Assembly (NCBI GenBank): GCA_041859045.1
Contig: JBHELB010000071.1
Span: forward strand, 19,601 to 83,600
Reading direction: 5' to 3'
Origin: Candidatus Hydrogenedentales bacterium
GTDB taxonomy: Bacteria > Hydrogenedentota > Hydrogenedentia > Hydrogenedentales > SLHB01
Length of the DNA: 64,000 nucleotides
The translations under genes were made by a program, and so were the position numbers. The first letter of the stretch is position 1. Each line of letters opens with the position of its first letter. This document shows, in pieces, positions 47,278-55,267 of this stretch. The notes under the pieces were generated by a model. That model was not told the DNA's origin. It saw only the letters and a list, made by a program, of their open reading frames with translations, and did not search any database.

Positions 47278-48435
47278 ATGAGAATTGTCCCTCTCGATAA
47301 GTTGACGCCAGGATTCGTGATTGGGCGGCCGTTAACGGACGAAAACGGACGCATCCTGCTCAACAGCGGGGTCAAACTCACCGAAGAGTATATCCGCGCC
47401 TTGCGCAACAAGGGCTATACTCAGCTCTTCGTGCAGGATGAGGAATCGGGGTGCGACGCCGAGCCCGAAGAGGACATCTCGCCGGTTCTGCGTTCGCGGG
47501 CGGTGACCGCGCTCAAGGAAAGCTTCGCCGCCATCCAGCAAGAGCTGGCCTCTCTCAAACTTAGTTCAACCGCAGACGTTTCGGCGGCGTTGGATTCCGA
47601 TGCCGTGCGCAGCCTGATGTCGTCGAGAGGCCCATTGGCCCGTATGAACGATCTGGTGGCGAAGATCCTCGACGAAGTCCTCACGCGCAGCACGCTGGCC
47701 GGCCTCACTTCGCTGAAGTGCGCCGACAGTCAGCTTTACGAACACTCCATCGACGTATGCATCGTGTCGATCATGATCGGCCAGGCCGTCGGCCTGACCG
47801 GAACGCGCTTGCGCCAACTGGCCACGGGCGCAATCCTCCACGACATCGGCGCGATCTTTCTCGAAAAAGACCTACCCGAACGCACGCGTGTGCGCCAGCA
47901 TACGTTGCTGGGGTATGAACTGCTCAAGGCGAGCGACGATCCCGATATTCTCGCACCACACGTGGCGCTGGAGCACCATGAGCATCAGGACGGCAGCGGC
48001 CAACCGCGCGGACTGATCGGCAGCAACCGCATCGAGCGCAACCGTGGGGGGAAGGGGCCCGTGCCCACGCTGGTGGGCGAGATCACCGCCGTGGCCAACA
48101 TATACGACCGCCTCATGAGCGGTGCTCCTGGGCAGCCCGCGCTGCCGCCCGATCAGGCGCTTCAGCTTATCCGCGAATCCGCCGGCGCTCAGCTTAACCG
48201 CGAGGTGGTCGGCGCATTCCTGCGCGTTGTGCCCGTGTTTCCCCGAGGACTCGAGGTCCTTGTTCGGTGCGCGCGTTTTCAGGGCTATACCGGCGTGGTC
48301 GTCGAGGTGAACCCGTTAGCGCTCGACAAGCCCGTCGTAACCCTCACGCGCGATAACCACGGTCGGCTCATCGAACCGATCACCCTCGATCTCTCCCACG
48401 AGGAGAATGTGGACGTGCGCTGCAAGACGGGGTAA
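47278..48435 (+). CDS. HD-GYP-type phosphohydrolase domain protein (GYP replaced by GQP)
   Basis: Start ATG 47278 (AGGAG RBS). HSIDVCIVS..., ILHDIGAIF, and HHEHQDGSGQPRGL (canonical HHE..DGSGYP.GL). Confidence 0.8.
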   Translation: MRIVPLDKLTPGFVIGRPLTDENGRILLNSGVKLTEEYIRALRNKGYTQLFVQDEESGCDAEPEEDISPVLRSRAVTALKESFAAIQQELASLKLSSTADVSAALDSDAVRSLMSSRGPLARMNDLVAKILDEVLTRSTLAGLTSLKCADSQLYEHSIDVCIVSIMIGQAVGLTGTRLRQLATGAILHDIGAIFLEKDLPERTRVRQHTLLGYELLKASDDPDILAPHVALEHHEHQDGSGQPRGLIGSNRIERNRGGKGPVPTLVGEITAVANIYDRLMSGAPGQPALPPDQALQLIRESAGAQLNREVVGAFLRVVPVFPRGLEVLVRCARFQGYTGVVVEVNPLALDKPVVTLTRDNHGRLIEPITLDLSHEENVDVRCKTG

Positions 48436-48441
48436 AGGGGA

Positions 48442-48855
48442 CTACTCGCCCATCACTTTCACAACGACGCGTTTGCGGCGAAGTCCGTCGAACTCCGCGT
48501 AGTAAATCTGCTGCCAGGGGCCAAGGTCGAGCGCGCCGTTCGTAATCGGCACGATGACTTCATGATGCACCAGCAGACTCTTGAGATGCGCGTCGCCGTT
48601 GGTCTCGCCTGTGCGGTGGTGGCGATAGTCGTCGCGATACGGAGCGAGGTGCTCGAGCCACTCGTCGATGTCTTCAATCAGACCGCTCTCCGCGTCGTTC
48701 ACATATACGCCCGCCGTGATATGCATCGCGCTCACCAACACCATCCCCTCGCGCACGCCGCTTTTGACGACCAGATCCGCCACGGTGGATGTGATGTTCA
48801 CGTACTCGCGCTTCCGCTTGATGTTGAACCACAAATACTCGGTCAGTGTTTTCAT
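48442..48855 (-). CDS. YjbQ/UPF0047 family protein (secondary thiamine-phosphate synthase family)
   Basis: 137 aa: [10 protein letters not shown]...[23 protein letters not shown]...[38 protein letters not shown], the YjbQ family pattern. Confidence 0.85.
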   Translation of the reverse strand: MKTLTEYLWFNIKRKREYVNITSTVADLVVKSGVREGMVLVSAMHITAGVYVNDAESGLIEDIDEWLEHLAPYRDDYRHHRTGETNGDAHLKSLLVHHEVIVPITNGALDLGPWQQIYYAEFDGLRRKRVVVKVMGE

Positions 48856-48935
48856 TGTGCCCTCGCGTGGATGTGTCCTACTGGCGCGATTGTGGACATG
48901 CCTGGATAGAAAAACAAGATGAGATGAAACGAGGT

Positions 48936-48964
48936 GTCGGCGGGAGGCGCTTTCTCCCGCCGAC
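48936..48964 (-). promoter_or_regulatory. Strong hairpin in the predicted yjbQ leader (possible attenuator)
   Basis: 11-bp perfect stem gtcggcgggag/ctcccgccgac with a 7-nt loop. On the minus-strand RNA it is followed by ACCUCGUUUCAUCUCAUCUUGUUUUUC. It lies about 80 nt upstream of the yjbQ ATG. Confidence 0.35.
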
Positions 48965-49040
48965 CTGGTGGTGGGTCAGAAGTGAGACGGAAGGGCGCTG
49001 ATCGGGACAACGCCCGTTACAACCGAATTTCTCCAGCCCT

Positions 49041-49069
49041 ATTGTATCCTATCACGCCGCAATTTGCAA
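49041..49069 (-). promoter_or_regulatory. Sigma70-type promoter (drives the yjbQ leader)
   Basis: Minus strand: TTGCAA (49064-49069) - 17 nt - TACAAT (49041-49046). Confidence 0.5.
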
Positions 49070-49126
49070 GAGGTTTTATGGTTAAATTCGTGGCTTTTGC
49101 GGCCGGTATCTTCGAAAATGAACGTC

Positions 49127-49199
49127 CCTAGGGGCGACACGTTCGCAGATAAGCCATAACGCTTTTTATAAAAGCAGTTATGCCGACGTGCGTCCTAGG
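49127..49199. repeat. Long imperfect palindrome centred on GCTTTTTATAAAAGC
   Basis: Outer arms are cctaggggcgacacgt / acgtgcgtcctagg. Inner arms are gccataacgctttt / aaaagcagttatgcc. It sits in a 590-bp gene-free, lower-G+C spacer. Confidence 0.5.
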
Positions 49200-49300
49200 C
49201 TTTCCCTCCGCGAAATAGGATCCACTTGTCAAGATTTTCAGGGGGTTCGAATCGTTGAGGAGGAAACGCGAGCTGTTGGTCTTTGGGGGTGTAAAGGTGG

Positions 49301-49329
49301 TTGCGTTCCGCGGGGGGGCATGATACAAT
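49301..49329 (+). promoter_or_regulatory. Extended -10 promoter for the candidate sRNA
   Basis: TTGCGT (49301-49306) - 17 nt - TACAAT (49324-49329), with TG at 49321-49322 (TGaTACAAT). Confidence 0.35.
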
Positions 49330-49335
49330 AAGGTT

Positions 49336-49495
49336 GGTCAGCGCCACATGTGGCGTTTCTCCTTCCGCGGAGGCCCACGGAAACTCCCATTTCCTGGGCC
49401 TCTAAAGCAACTCGCGGGAGGCGCAGCGAGCGCCGGAGCGAGTTTCTATAGATTGGGCCGCGGCCCTATGAGGGCTGCGGCCCTCTCCATTTTTT
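49336..49495 (+). ncRNA. Candidate ~160-nt small RNA, 3' part antisense to the hydrolase gene end
   Basis: Bounded by the promoter above and a 12-bp-stem terminator. It contains a 14-nt perfect palindrome cgccacatgtggcg (49342-49355) and an 8-bp stem gaggccca/tgggcctc (49370-49377/49395-49402). No ORF with an RBS. Confidence 0.3.
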
Positions 49496-50393
49496 CGAGT
49501 TCTTCCACCGAAGCCTGTTCGAACATCCGCGCGAAGTAGTCCTCAGTGGTTGCAAAGAGTTCGGGCCACAGCCACGGGAAGCACTCCCAGAACCCATGCC
49601 CATACCCCTCCATGCACTGCGTCTCCACGAGAACCCCTTTTGCTTGGAGGCAGGAGGCGAGCGCGAGGCTTTGGCTGGGCGGCGTCACCGTATCGAGGTC
49701 GCCGTACAGCAAGCGCACCGGGGGTGCCGCCGCATGTACAAACGTCACCGGCGAAGCGAAGGCCGCGGGTGTGAGACCGTTGGGCGGGGCGGGGTCGAAG
49801 AACGCGCGGGCGAGACCATTGAGCAGCAGGCCGAACTCCGATTTCGGCGGCTGCTGGAAGTCGTAGGTACCGTAGCCGAGGACCATCGCCTGTACACGAC
49901 TTGATTGGCCCGGCGGATCGTCGCTATAGCCGTCCCCGTCCTGCGCGAGCCCCGCAAGCGCGGCAAGCTGGGCGCCGGAACTCAGGCCGAACAGTCCGAT
50001 CCGGCTTCCGTCGATCCCCAGGCGCTGCGCGTTTGCGCGCAGATAGCGCACAGCGTCTTTAATCTGCTCCACCTGCGTGACGAATCCATGCGCGGGATCG
50101 CGCGAGAACTCGATCAGCGCACAGGCTTGGCCGTGTGCGGCGAGATCGCGCGCGAGGGGTTTCAGGAATGCGGTCGACCCTGCCCACCACAGGCCGCCGT
50201 GCACGCCCACCACCACCGGCGGCGGCGAGGCGGCCGGTTGCACGGGCAGATAGAGATCGAGGGCGAGTGCCGGATTCTCGCGCGAAGCATAGGTTTCATG
50301 AACCACGCGCGCTTTGATTGGCCAGTCAAACGGATACCCGGCCACCCAGAAAATGTACGCCTGGGCAACGGCAAAAAGTAACGTCGCGATCAT
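49446..50393 (-). CDS. Alpha/beta hydrolase (esterase/lipase, Abhydrolase_3-like)
   Basis: N-terminal TM/signal-like helix, oxyanion-type VGVHGGLWWAGS, nucleophile elbow GLSSGAQLA (GxSxG), and C-terminal GYGHGF. Confidence 0.8.
   Translation of the reverse strand: MIATLLFAVAQAYIFWVAGYPFDWPIKARVVHETYASRENPALALDLYLPVQPAASPPPVVVGVHGGLWWAGSTAFLKPLARDLAAHGQACALIEFSRDPAHGFVTQVEQIKDAVRYLRANAQRLGIDGSRIGLFGLSSGAQLAALAGLAQDGDGYSDDPPGQSSRVQAMVLGYGTYDFQQPPKSEFGLLLNGLARAFFDPAPPNGLTPAAFASPVTFVHAAAPPVRLLYGDLDTVTPPSQSLALASCLQAKGVLVETQCMEGYGHGFWECFPWLWPELFATTEDYFARMFEQASVEELEKMERAAALIGPRPNL
49455..49495 (+). terminator. Hairpin plus T-run on the plus strand (inside the last 16 codons of the minus-strand hydrolase gene)
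   Basis: gggccgcggccc-tatga-gggctgcggccc (12 bp, one G-U), then tctcca and TTTTTT. The minus-strand version has no U-tail. Confidence 0.4.
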
Positions 50394-51376
50394 TAGCGCG
50401 CGGTGGGGATGGGCATCCCTTCCGCCGCGGAACGATAGAGCGCGTCGATGACCTCCATGTTCGCGACGGCATCGTCGATTCCCCAGCGAGGGGTTTCCCG
50501 CGTGCGGCAGGCGCGCACGAAGTCGTCAATCTCGCGCACAAAACAGTTCGCGCCCGGCACAACAAACGTTTCCTCGTGATCGCCTCGGCGCATGGTGAAC
50601 GAGGCCTTGTCCTCGCCGGGCGTCCACGGCTCGGGAATCTGGATGAGCCCTTGTGTGCCTTCGATTTCGATGAACGCCTTAGGGTAGCGCTCAATACTGC
50701 ATTCAAACGCCGCAAGCACGCCGTTCGGAAAACACAACACGCCGAAGACCGTATCGTCGACCGAACTGCGCCGTTCAAACGCGGCGACGCGCTCGGGCTC
50801 GCACTGGGCGAAGAGACGAGACGCGCTCACGCAATAGCAGCCGACGTCCATCAACGCGCCACCCGCCAACTCGGAGGAGGTACGAATGTCGTGGCGATCG
50901 CGCAGGCGGAAGGTCGAGGCGCTGCGGATAGTGATGAGTTCGCCGAGCGCGCCGTCTTGGATGAGGCCGAGCACGCGGTCGTAGAGCGGATGATGGCGGT
51001 ACATGAAGGCTTCCGCGACGGGCAGACGCGTACGGCGCGCGACTTGCGCGACCTCGCGGGCCTCGGCGGCATTGGCGGCGAAAGGCTTTTCGCACAGCAC
51101 CGGCAACCCGGCTTCGAGCGCCTTGATCGTCCACTCCGCGTGAAGGCTGTTGGGCAGGGGAATGTAGACGCAATCGACCTCGCCCGAATGCAACAGTTCT
51201 TCATACGTGCCAAAGGCCCGCGGCACGCCGAGTTCCTTGGCCCACTCGAGCGCGCGCGTGAACTCGCGACTGGCCACGGCCTGAACGCAACTGTCGTGGC
51301 AGCCGCCCAAGGCCTTAACAATCGCGCGCGCGATCTTGGCCGTGCCCAGTATCCCCCAACGCAACTCGCCGCGCAT
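50393..51376 (-). CDS. Gfo/Idh/MocA family oxidoreductase
   Basis: LRWGILGTAKIARAIV Rossmann N-terminus, VYIPLPNSLHAEW and EKPFA motifs. TAATG stop/start overlap with the hydrolase gene. Confidence 0.88.
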   Translation of the reverse strand: MRGELRWGILGTAKIARAIVKALGGCHDSCVQAVASREFTRALEWAKELGVPRAFGTYEELLHSGEVDCVYIPLPNSLHAEWTIKALEAGLPVLCEKPFAANAAEAREVAQVARRTRLPVAEAFMYRHHPLYDRVLGLIQDGALGELITIRSASTFRLRDRHDIRTSSELAGGALMDVGCYCVSASRLFAQCEPERVAAFERRSSVDDTVFGVLCFPNGVLAAFECSIERYPKAFIEIEGTQGLIQIPEPWTPGEDKASFTMRRGDHEETFVVPGANCFVREIDDFVRACRTRETPRWGIDDAVANMEVIDALYRSAAEGMPIPTAR

Positions 51377-51413
51377 GCGAACCTCCTGTTACTACGCGCC
51401 CCGTTTCAAGGGC

Positions 51414-51707
51414 TCAGTGCGATAACCACACGCTGTCGGAAACAAGACAAACGCCCCCAAATTCGTTCAGCAACGGGCGCACGCCATTCAAAATCGGCTC
51501 GACTTGTTCCTGCGGGCAGGCCGTCATCACATAGCTGTTGTTCAACTCGCTGTTCAGTCCATCTCCCGCACGCACGCCCCGATCCCCGTGCCCCGCCACG
51601 TTGCGGATCAGCGTATACCCGCTCACGCCCACGCCTTCGAGCACGCGCAATACCTGCTCGAGACGCTGATTGTCCACGACGATCTCCACTTTCTTCACAG
51701 GCTTCAC
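51414..51707 (-). CDS. P-II-like signal-transduction family protein (98 aa)
   Basis: Start set at GTG 51707 (GGAGG RBS). KKVEIVVDNQRLEQVLRVLEGVGVSGYTLIRNVAGHGDRGVR... has the beta-alpha-beta ferredoxin-like P-II pattern with a T-loop-like GHGDRGVRAGDG. Confidence 0.6.
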   Translation of the reverse strand: MKPVKKVEIVVDNQRLEQVLRVLEGVGVSGYTLIRNVAGHGDRGVRAGDGLNSELNNSYVMTACPQEQVEPILNGVRPLLNEFGGVCLVSDSVWLSH

Positions 51708-51816
51708 GGCGGTTCCTCCCCTCGGTTCCGCGCGCGGATCGCGCGCTTGCCTTTTCCCCGGATGTCCCGCACAGCGCAGGTGCGGCGACATCGACGAACG
51801 GGATATAGCCCCCGTT

Positions 51817-53973
51817 TTACTGCTTTGACGTCTTCGTCGAAGTCGATTTGCGTCCGGCGTCCGCTTTCGCGGTCGTTGCCTTGGCCGTCGAAGGAGCCGT
51901 CGTCTTCTTGGAGGACGTGGCGGCCTTTGTCTTGCTCGCCGACACCTTTTCTTCCGTCATGCTGCTTGACGCCTTGGCGGAAGGCTGGCCTTTCGGGGCT
52001 TCCTCTTTCGCCGGCGCGCGAAGCGCGAGTTTTTGCCCCACGCGGATCAGTGTGCCCTGCTTGAGACGATTCCATTCCAAGAGTTGACTCACCGACACGC
52101 CATACTTTTGCGCGATCTCGCCGAGTGTCTCGCCGGTGCGAACGATGTGTTCGCTGCGCGCGGCGGGTGCGGCGGGCGCGGACTTCGCGGTCTCTTTGGA
52201 GGCTCCGCTCGAGAGCTTCAACGTCTGCCCCACGCGGATGAGGTGGTCTTTCGACAGGTTATTCGTGTCGACGATTTCCTTGATCGGTACGCCGCTGGCG
52301 ATAGAAATCTTCTCCACCGTATCACCCGATTTCACCGTATAGGTCGAAGATGCGGATTCCTTTGCCGCGGGCGCTGCGCTCTTTGACGCTTCCTTTTCTT
52401 CCTTTACCGACTTATTGGCGGCCTCGGCGGAGGCCTTTTCCTCTGTCAAGGTGTCGTCGCTACGCGCGACCTTCACGCTCTCGGCGGTCTCGGTTTCCGG
52501 GACGACTCCAGCGGGAATGGTTAGCCGTTGGCCAGACATCAAACGCGCGCTGGTCCGCATCCGGTTCGCCTTCGCCACGTCCTCGATCGACAGCTTGTAA
52601 TGTTCCGCCACGGAACTCAGTGTCTCGCCGCGGCGAACAAGATGCGTCTTGGCGCGCGCGGGCGTGCTGGACGCGGAGCGAGACGATTTCTTCTCCACCT
52701 TCTCCGAGGGCTCATCCGCTTCGCGTGCGGCCAGGACCAATCGCGATCCCGTCAGCGGCGTGGCGCTGTTGAGCGCCAACACGAACTGTTCTTTCGCTGT
52801 CGCGGGTACCGCTACGGTGTGTCCGTCCGGCGGCGTAACGCCCCGGACGAGTTCCGGGTTCAGCGTCGCAAGCGTGCCCTCGGGCAGACTGCACGTCTGC
52901 TCAAGTTCGGCCAGCCGGTAGCTTCCGCTTACCTGCACCGGCTCCACCTCGTCCGGATCGCTCGGCTGCACGTTTAGCCCGTAGCGTTCCGGGTTGCGCG
53001 CCACGATAATCGTCGCAAGGAGTTTGGCGTAAAAGTTCTTGGTTTCGTTTGGAATGGAACTGCTTGCCGGCGAATCGTCGATGAGCTTCCACAGGTCGCG
53101 CTCCCCGCCGCTCGCGGCGACGGCGCGGGCGACGCCGCCTTCGCCCATGTTGTACGCCGAGATCGCCAGCGGCCAGTTGCCGTCGAATTCCTGATACAGC
53201 TCGGACAAATAGGCGATGGCCGCGTGCGTGGCCTTTTTCCAGTTGTAACGTTCGTCCACGTAGGAGTCCATGCGAATGTCGTAACGCTTGGCCGTGCCCC
53301 GCATGAATTGCCACATGCCGCCCGCGCCCGCAGGCGATACGGCCTTCGTATAAAACTGGCTTTCCACTTGCGCCAGCCACACCAAGTCCTGCGGCAACCC
53401 CGCCTTCGCAAATTCCTCGCGGATATACGGCAGATACTTGAAGCTTCGGTTGAGACCCCGCTCAAAGTTGCGGGGATACGCGCTCTGAATCTCTTCCACC
53501 TGCTGGATTACACGCTCGGGCAGCGGGCCCGGAATGCTCAAGTCGCCCGCCACGAGTTTCCCGTTGCCGTCCCGCGTGGGAAATTCTTTCGCGTAGGCCT
53601 TATCAAACAGTTTGTTCTGCGGATTGGTGTTGTTGAGAATACGCTCGAATTCGCCGCGAAGATTGTAAAACACACCGGGATCGAGGTCGGCTTTGATCAA
53701 TAATTCCAGCATTTGCGTGTAATGCCGCAGGGCCGCTTCCTGATCGCCCGCTTCCTGGGCTTCGTTGGCTCTGCGAAAGGCTTCGTTCGCCGCCCGCATC
53801 AACTCGGTTACGCTGCGGGTCTCGGGGGCTGTTGTGGCCTCGGTGGGCGGGACGACTTCAGGCTTGGATAGGGGGCGAGTTGAACTGGTCTTTCGGGGGG
53901 TTGCGCAGCCGCTAACCAGTGCCAGCGTAATTGCCGCCGCTATCACAAAACATAAGCGAATTTTGATTTTCAC
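51817..53973 (-). CDS. Membrane-bound lytic murein transglycosylase (MltD-like) with three LysM domains
   Basis: Lipoprotein-like N-terminus (LALVSGC). SLT catalytic region LVWLAQVESQFYTKAVSPAGAGGMWQFM. LysM repeats HLVRRGETLSSVAEHY..., YTVKSGDTVEKISIAS... and HIVRTGETLGEIAQKY... The C-terminal tail is Lys/Ser/Thr/Ala-rich and of low complexity. Confidence 0.88.
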   Translation of the reverse strand: MKIKIRLCFVIAAAITLALVSGCATPRKTSSTRPLSKPEVVPPTEATTAPETRSVTELMRAANEAFRRANEAQEAGDQEAALRHYTQMLELLIKADLDPGVFYNLRGEFERILNNTNPQNKLFDKAYAKEFPTRDGNGKLVAGDLSIPGPLPERVIQQVEEIQSAYPRNFERGLNRSFKYLPYIREEFAKAGLPQDLVWLAQVESQFYTKAVSPAGAGGMWQFMRGTAKRYDIRMDSYVDERYNWKKATHAAIAYLSELYQEFDGNWPLAISAYNMGEGGVARAVAASGGERDLWKLIDDSPASSSIPNETKNFYAKLLATIIVARNPERYGLNVQPSDPDEVEPVQVSGSYRLAELEQTCSLPEGTLATLNPELVRGVTPPDGHTVAVPATAKEQFVLALNSATPLTGSRLVLAAREADEPSEKVEKKSSRSASSTPARAKTHLVRRGETLSSVAEHYKLSIEDVAKANRMRTSARLMSGQRLTIPAGVVPETETAESVKVARSDDTLTEEKASAEAANKSVKEEKEASKSAAPAAKESASSTYTVKSGDTVEKISIASGVPIKEIVDTNNLSKDHLIRVGQTLKLSSGASKETAKSAPAAPAARSEHIVRTGETLGEIAQKYGVSVSQLLEWNRLKQGTLIRVGQKLALRAPAKEEAPKGQPSAKASSSMTEEKVSASKTKAATSSKKTTAPSTAKATTAKADAGRKSTSTKTSKQ

Positions 53974-54164
53974 GAGCGTACTCCCTGGTCTGACCCAAGC
54001 GTTTCGCCTGAACCCCCGGGTTCTATGAGGACACTTCCTCCGTGCTTCTTCTTACACTTGGTCACTGCCGATTACGCGTGGCAGTGTGCCGGAGATGACC
54101 CCTGCTGACAACGGCTGTTCCGCAATTCCCACCTTCACTTTTTCCGTTCCCGCCGGTCAGGGAC

Positions 54165-54193
54165 AGTGTAGTCCAAAATGGCATTCCTGTCAA
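54165..54193 (-). promoter_or_regulatory. Sigma70-type promoter upstream of the transglycosylase gene
   Basis: Minus strand: TTGACA (54188-54193) - 17 nt - TACACT (54165-54170), preceded by an AT-rich TTTATTTAT UP-like stretch. Confidence 0.45.
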
Positions 54194-54264
54194 TAAATAA
54201 ACAACAACATCTTGAGCATGCTCTTCTGGCTGACCCCAATATGGCGGGTGGACAGGTCACCGGG

Positions 54265-55140
54265 CTACGGTGCCTTGATCCGAAAGATATTGGTGTGCCC
54301 CTCTCCCAGACGCTTTACGTAGTAGATATATCCCCCCTCACTCCAAAAGGGTTGCGTCTCGTCCGCCTGGTCCGTCGTGAGTTGGCGAATATTCCCGCCG
54401 TCCGTGTCCATCACCCAAATGTCGTAGTTGCCGGTTCGCTTGGAGGCAAACACTATCCGCTTGCCGTCGGGCGAGAAGGCCGGATTCTCATCGTCCCTCT
54501 TGCTTGAGGTCAACTGGGTCTGCAAGCCACCGTCGGGGTTCATCATCCAAATCTCGTCGTCCTTGGTGCGGTTGGAGACAAATACAATCTTGCTGCCATC
54601 GGGCGAATAGCGGGGCTCGTCGCCCTCGGCCAATACCCGCAGCGAGCCCATCCCGCGGTCGACGTTCATCGTGACCACACGCATGTCGGGTTTCGGACCC
54701 CATTTTTCGCGGCGGGCAAACACGAGATCGCCGGAACCCTTCGGGCGCACGCCGGGGTATTCCTCCAGCTTCTCGCCGTCGGTAATTTGGAGAAATCCCG
54801 ACCCGCCGGTCGCTTCGACACGATAGATATCGCCCTTCCCGGTGCGTTCGGAACTAAAAAGGATGTATTTGCTGTCCGCCGTGAACACGGGGTAGCGGTC
54901 GTCCTTGTTGCCCGTGGTGATCTGAAAGGTTTCGCTGGTCTTGAAGCGGATCACGTAGATATTGAAGGTTCCGGTGCGGTTGCTCGAGAACGCGAGCATT
55001 TTGCCGTCCGGGGAGATAACCGGGTCGAGATCCCGCTGCTTTTCTCCAAAGGTGATTTGTCTGTCTTCCGCAAGGGCGCTTCCGGCCAGTCCCAGGAGGG
55101 CGGCCACAAGAGCAAGCAGCCACGCGGTTCGCATGGGCAT
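54265..55140 (-). CDS. Periplasmic WD40-like beta-propeller (PD40/TolB-like) repeat protein
   Basis: Start set at ATG 55140 (GGAGA RBS). Signal peptide MPMRTAWLLALVAALLGLAGSALA. Repeated SPDGK.I.F.S.RTG..DI motifs (PD40 repeats). Confidence 0.8.
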   Translation of the reverse strand: MPMRTAWLLALVAALLGLAGSALAEDRQITFGEKQRDLDPVISPDGKMLAFSSNRTGTFNIYVIRFKTSETFQITTGNKDDRYPVFTADSKYILFSSERTGKGDIYRVEATGGSGFLQITDGEKLEEYPGVRPKGSGDLVFARREKWGPKPDMRVVTMNVDRGMGSLRVLAEGDEPRYSPDGSKIVFVSNRTKDDEIWMMNPDGGLQTQLTSSKRDDENPAFSPDGKRIVFASKRTGNYDIWVMDTDGGNIRQLTTDQADETQPFWSEGGYIYYVKRLGEGHTNIFRIKAP

Positions 55141-55267
55141 GTTGTATCTCCTTCCCGCAGGCTCCACCCTGACGCGGAGCGTATCTCTGCCGTTGTGATT
55201 CCAGCCCCGCCATCATACCCGGGATTAGCCTCCGCGACAAGGGGTTTCGGGAGGCTGCCGGATTGCG

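Noticed and set aside
48965-49035. Possible TPP riboswitch near yjbQ (GUGAGA ... GCUGAUCGGGACAACGCCCG on the plus strand)
   Set aside because: The resemblance is on the strand opposite to yjbQ and its promoter. The GGGGUGC/ACCC P1-P2 elements are missing. Only a partial CUGAUC-hairpin similarity remains.
49128-49290. Possible tmRNA (GGGGCGACACG... start and a GGGGGTTCGAATC T-loop-like string)
   Set aside because: No 3' strand complementary to the GGGGCGAC 5' end, no CCCCC closing the putative T-stem, no ACCA end, and no plausible tag reading frame ending in ..AA-stop.
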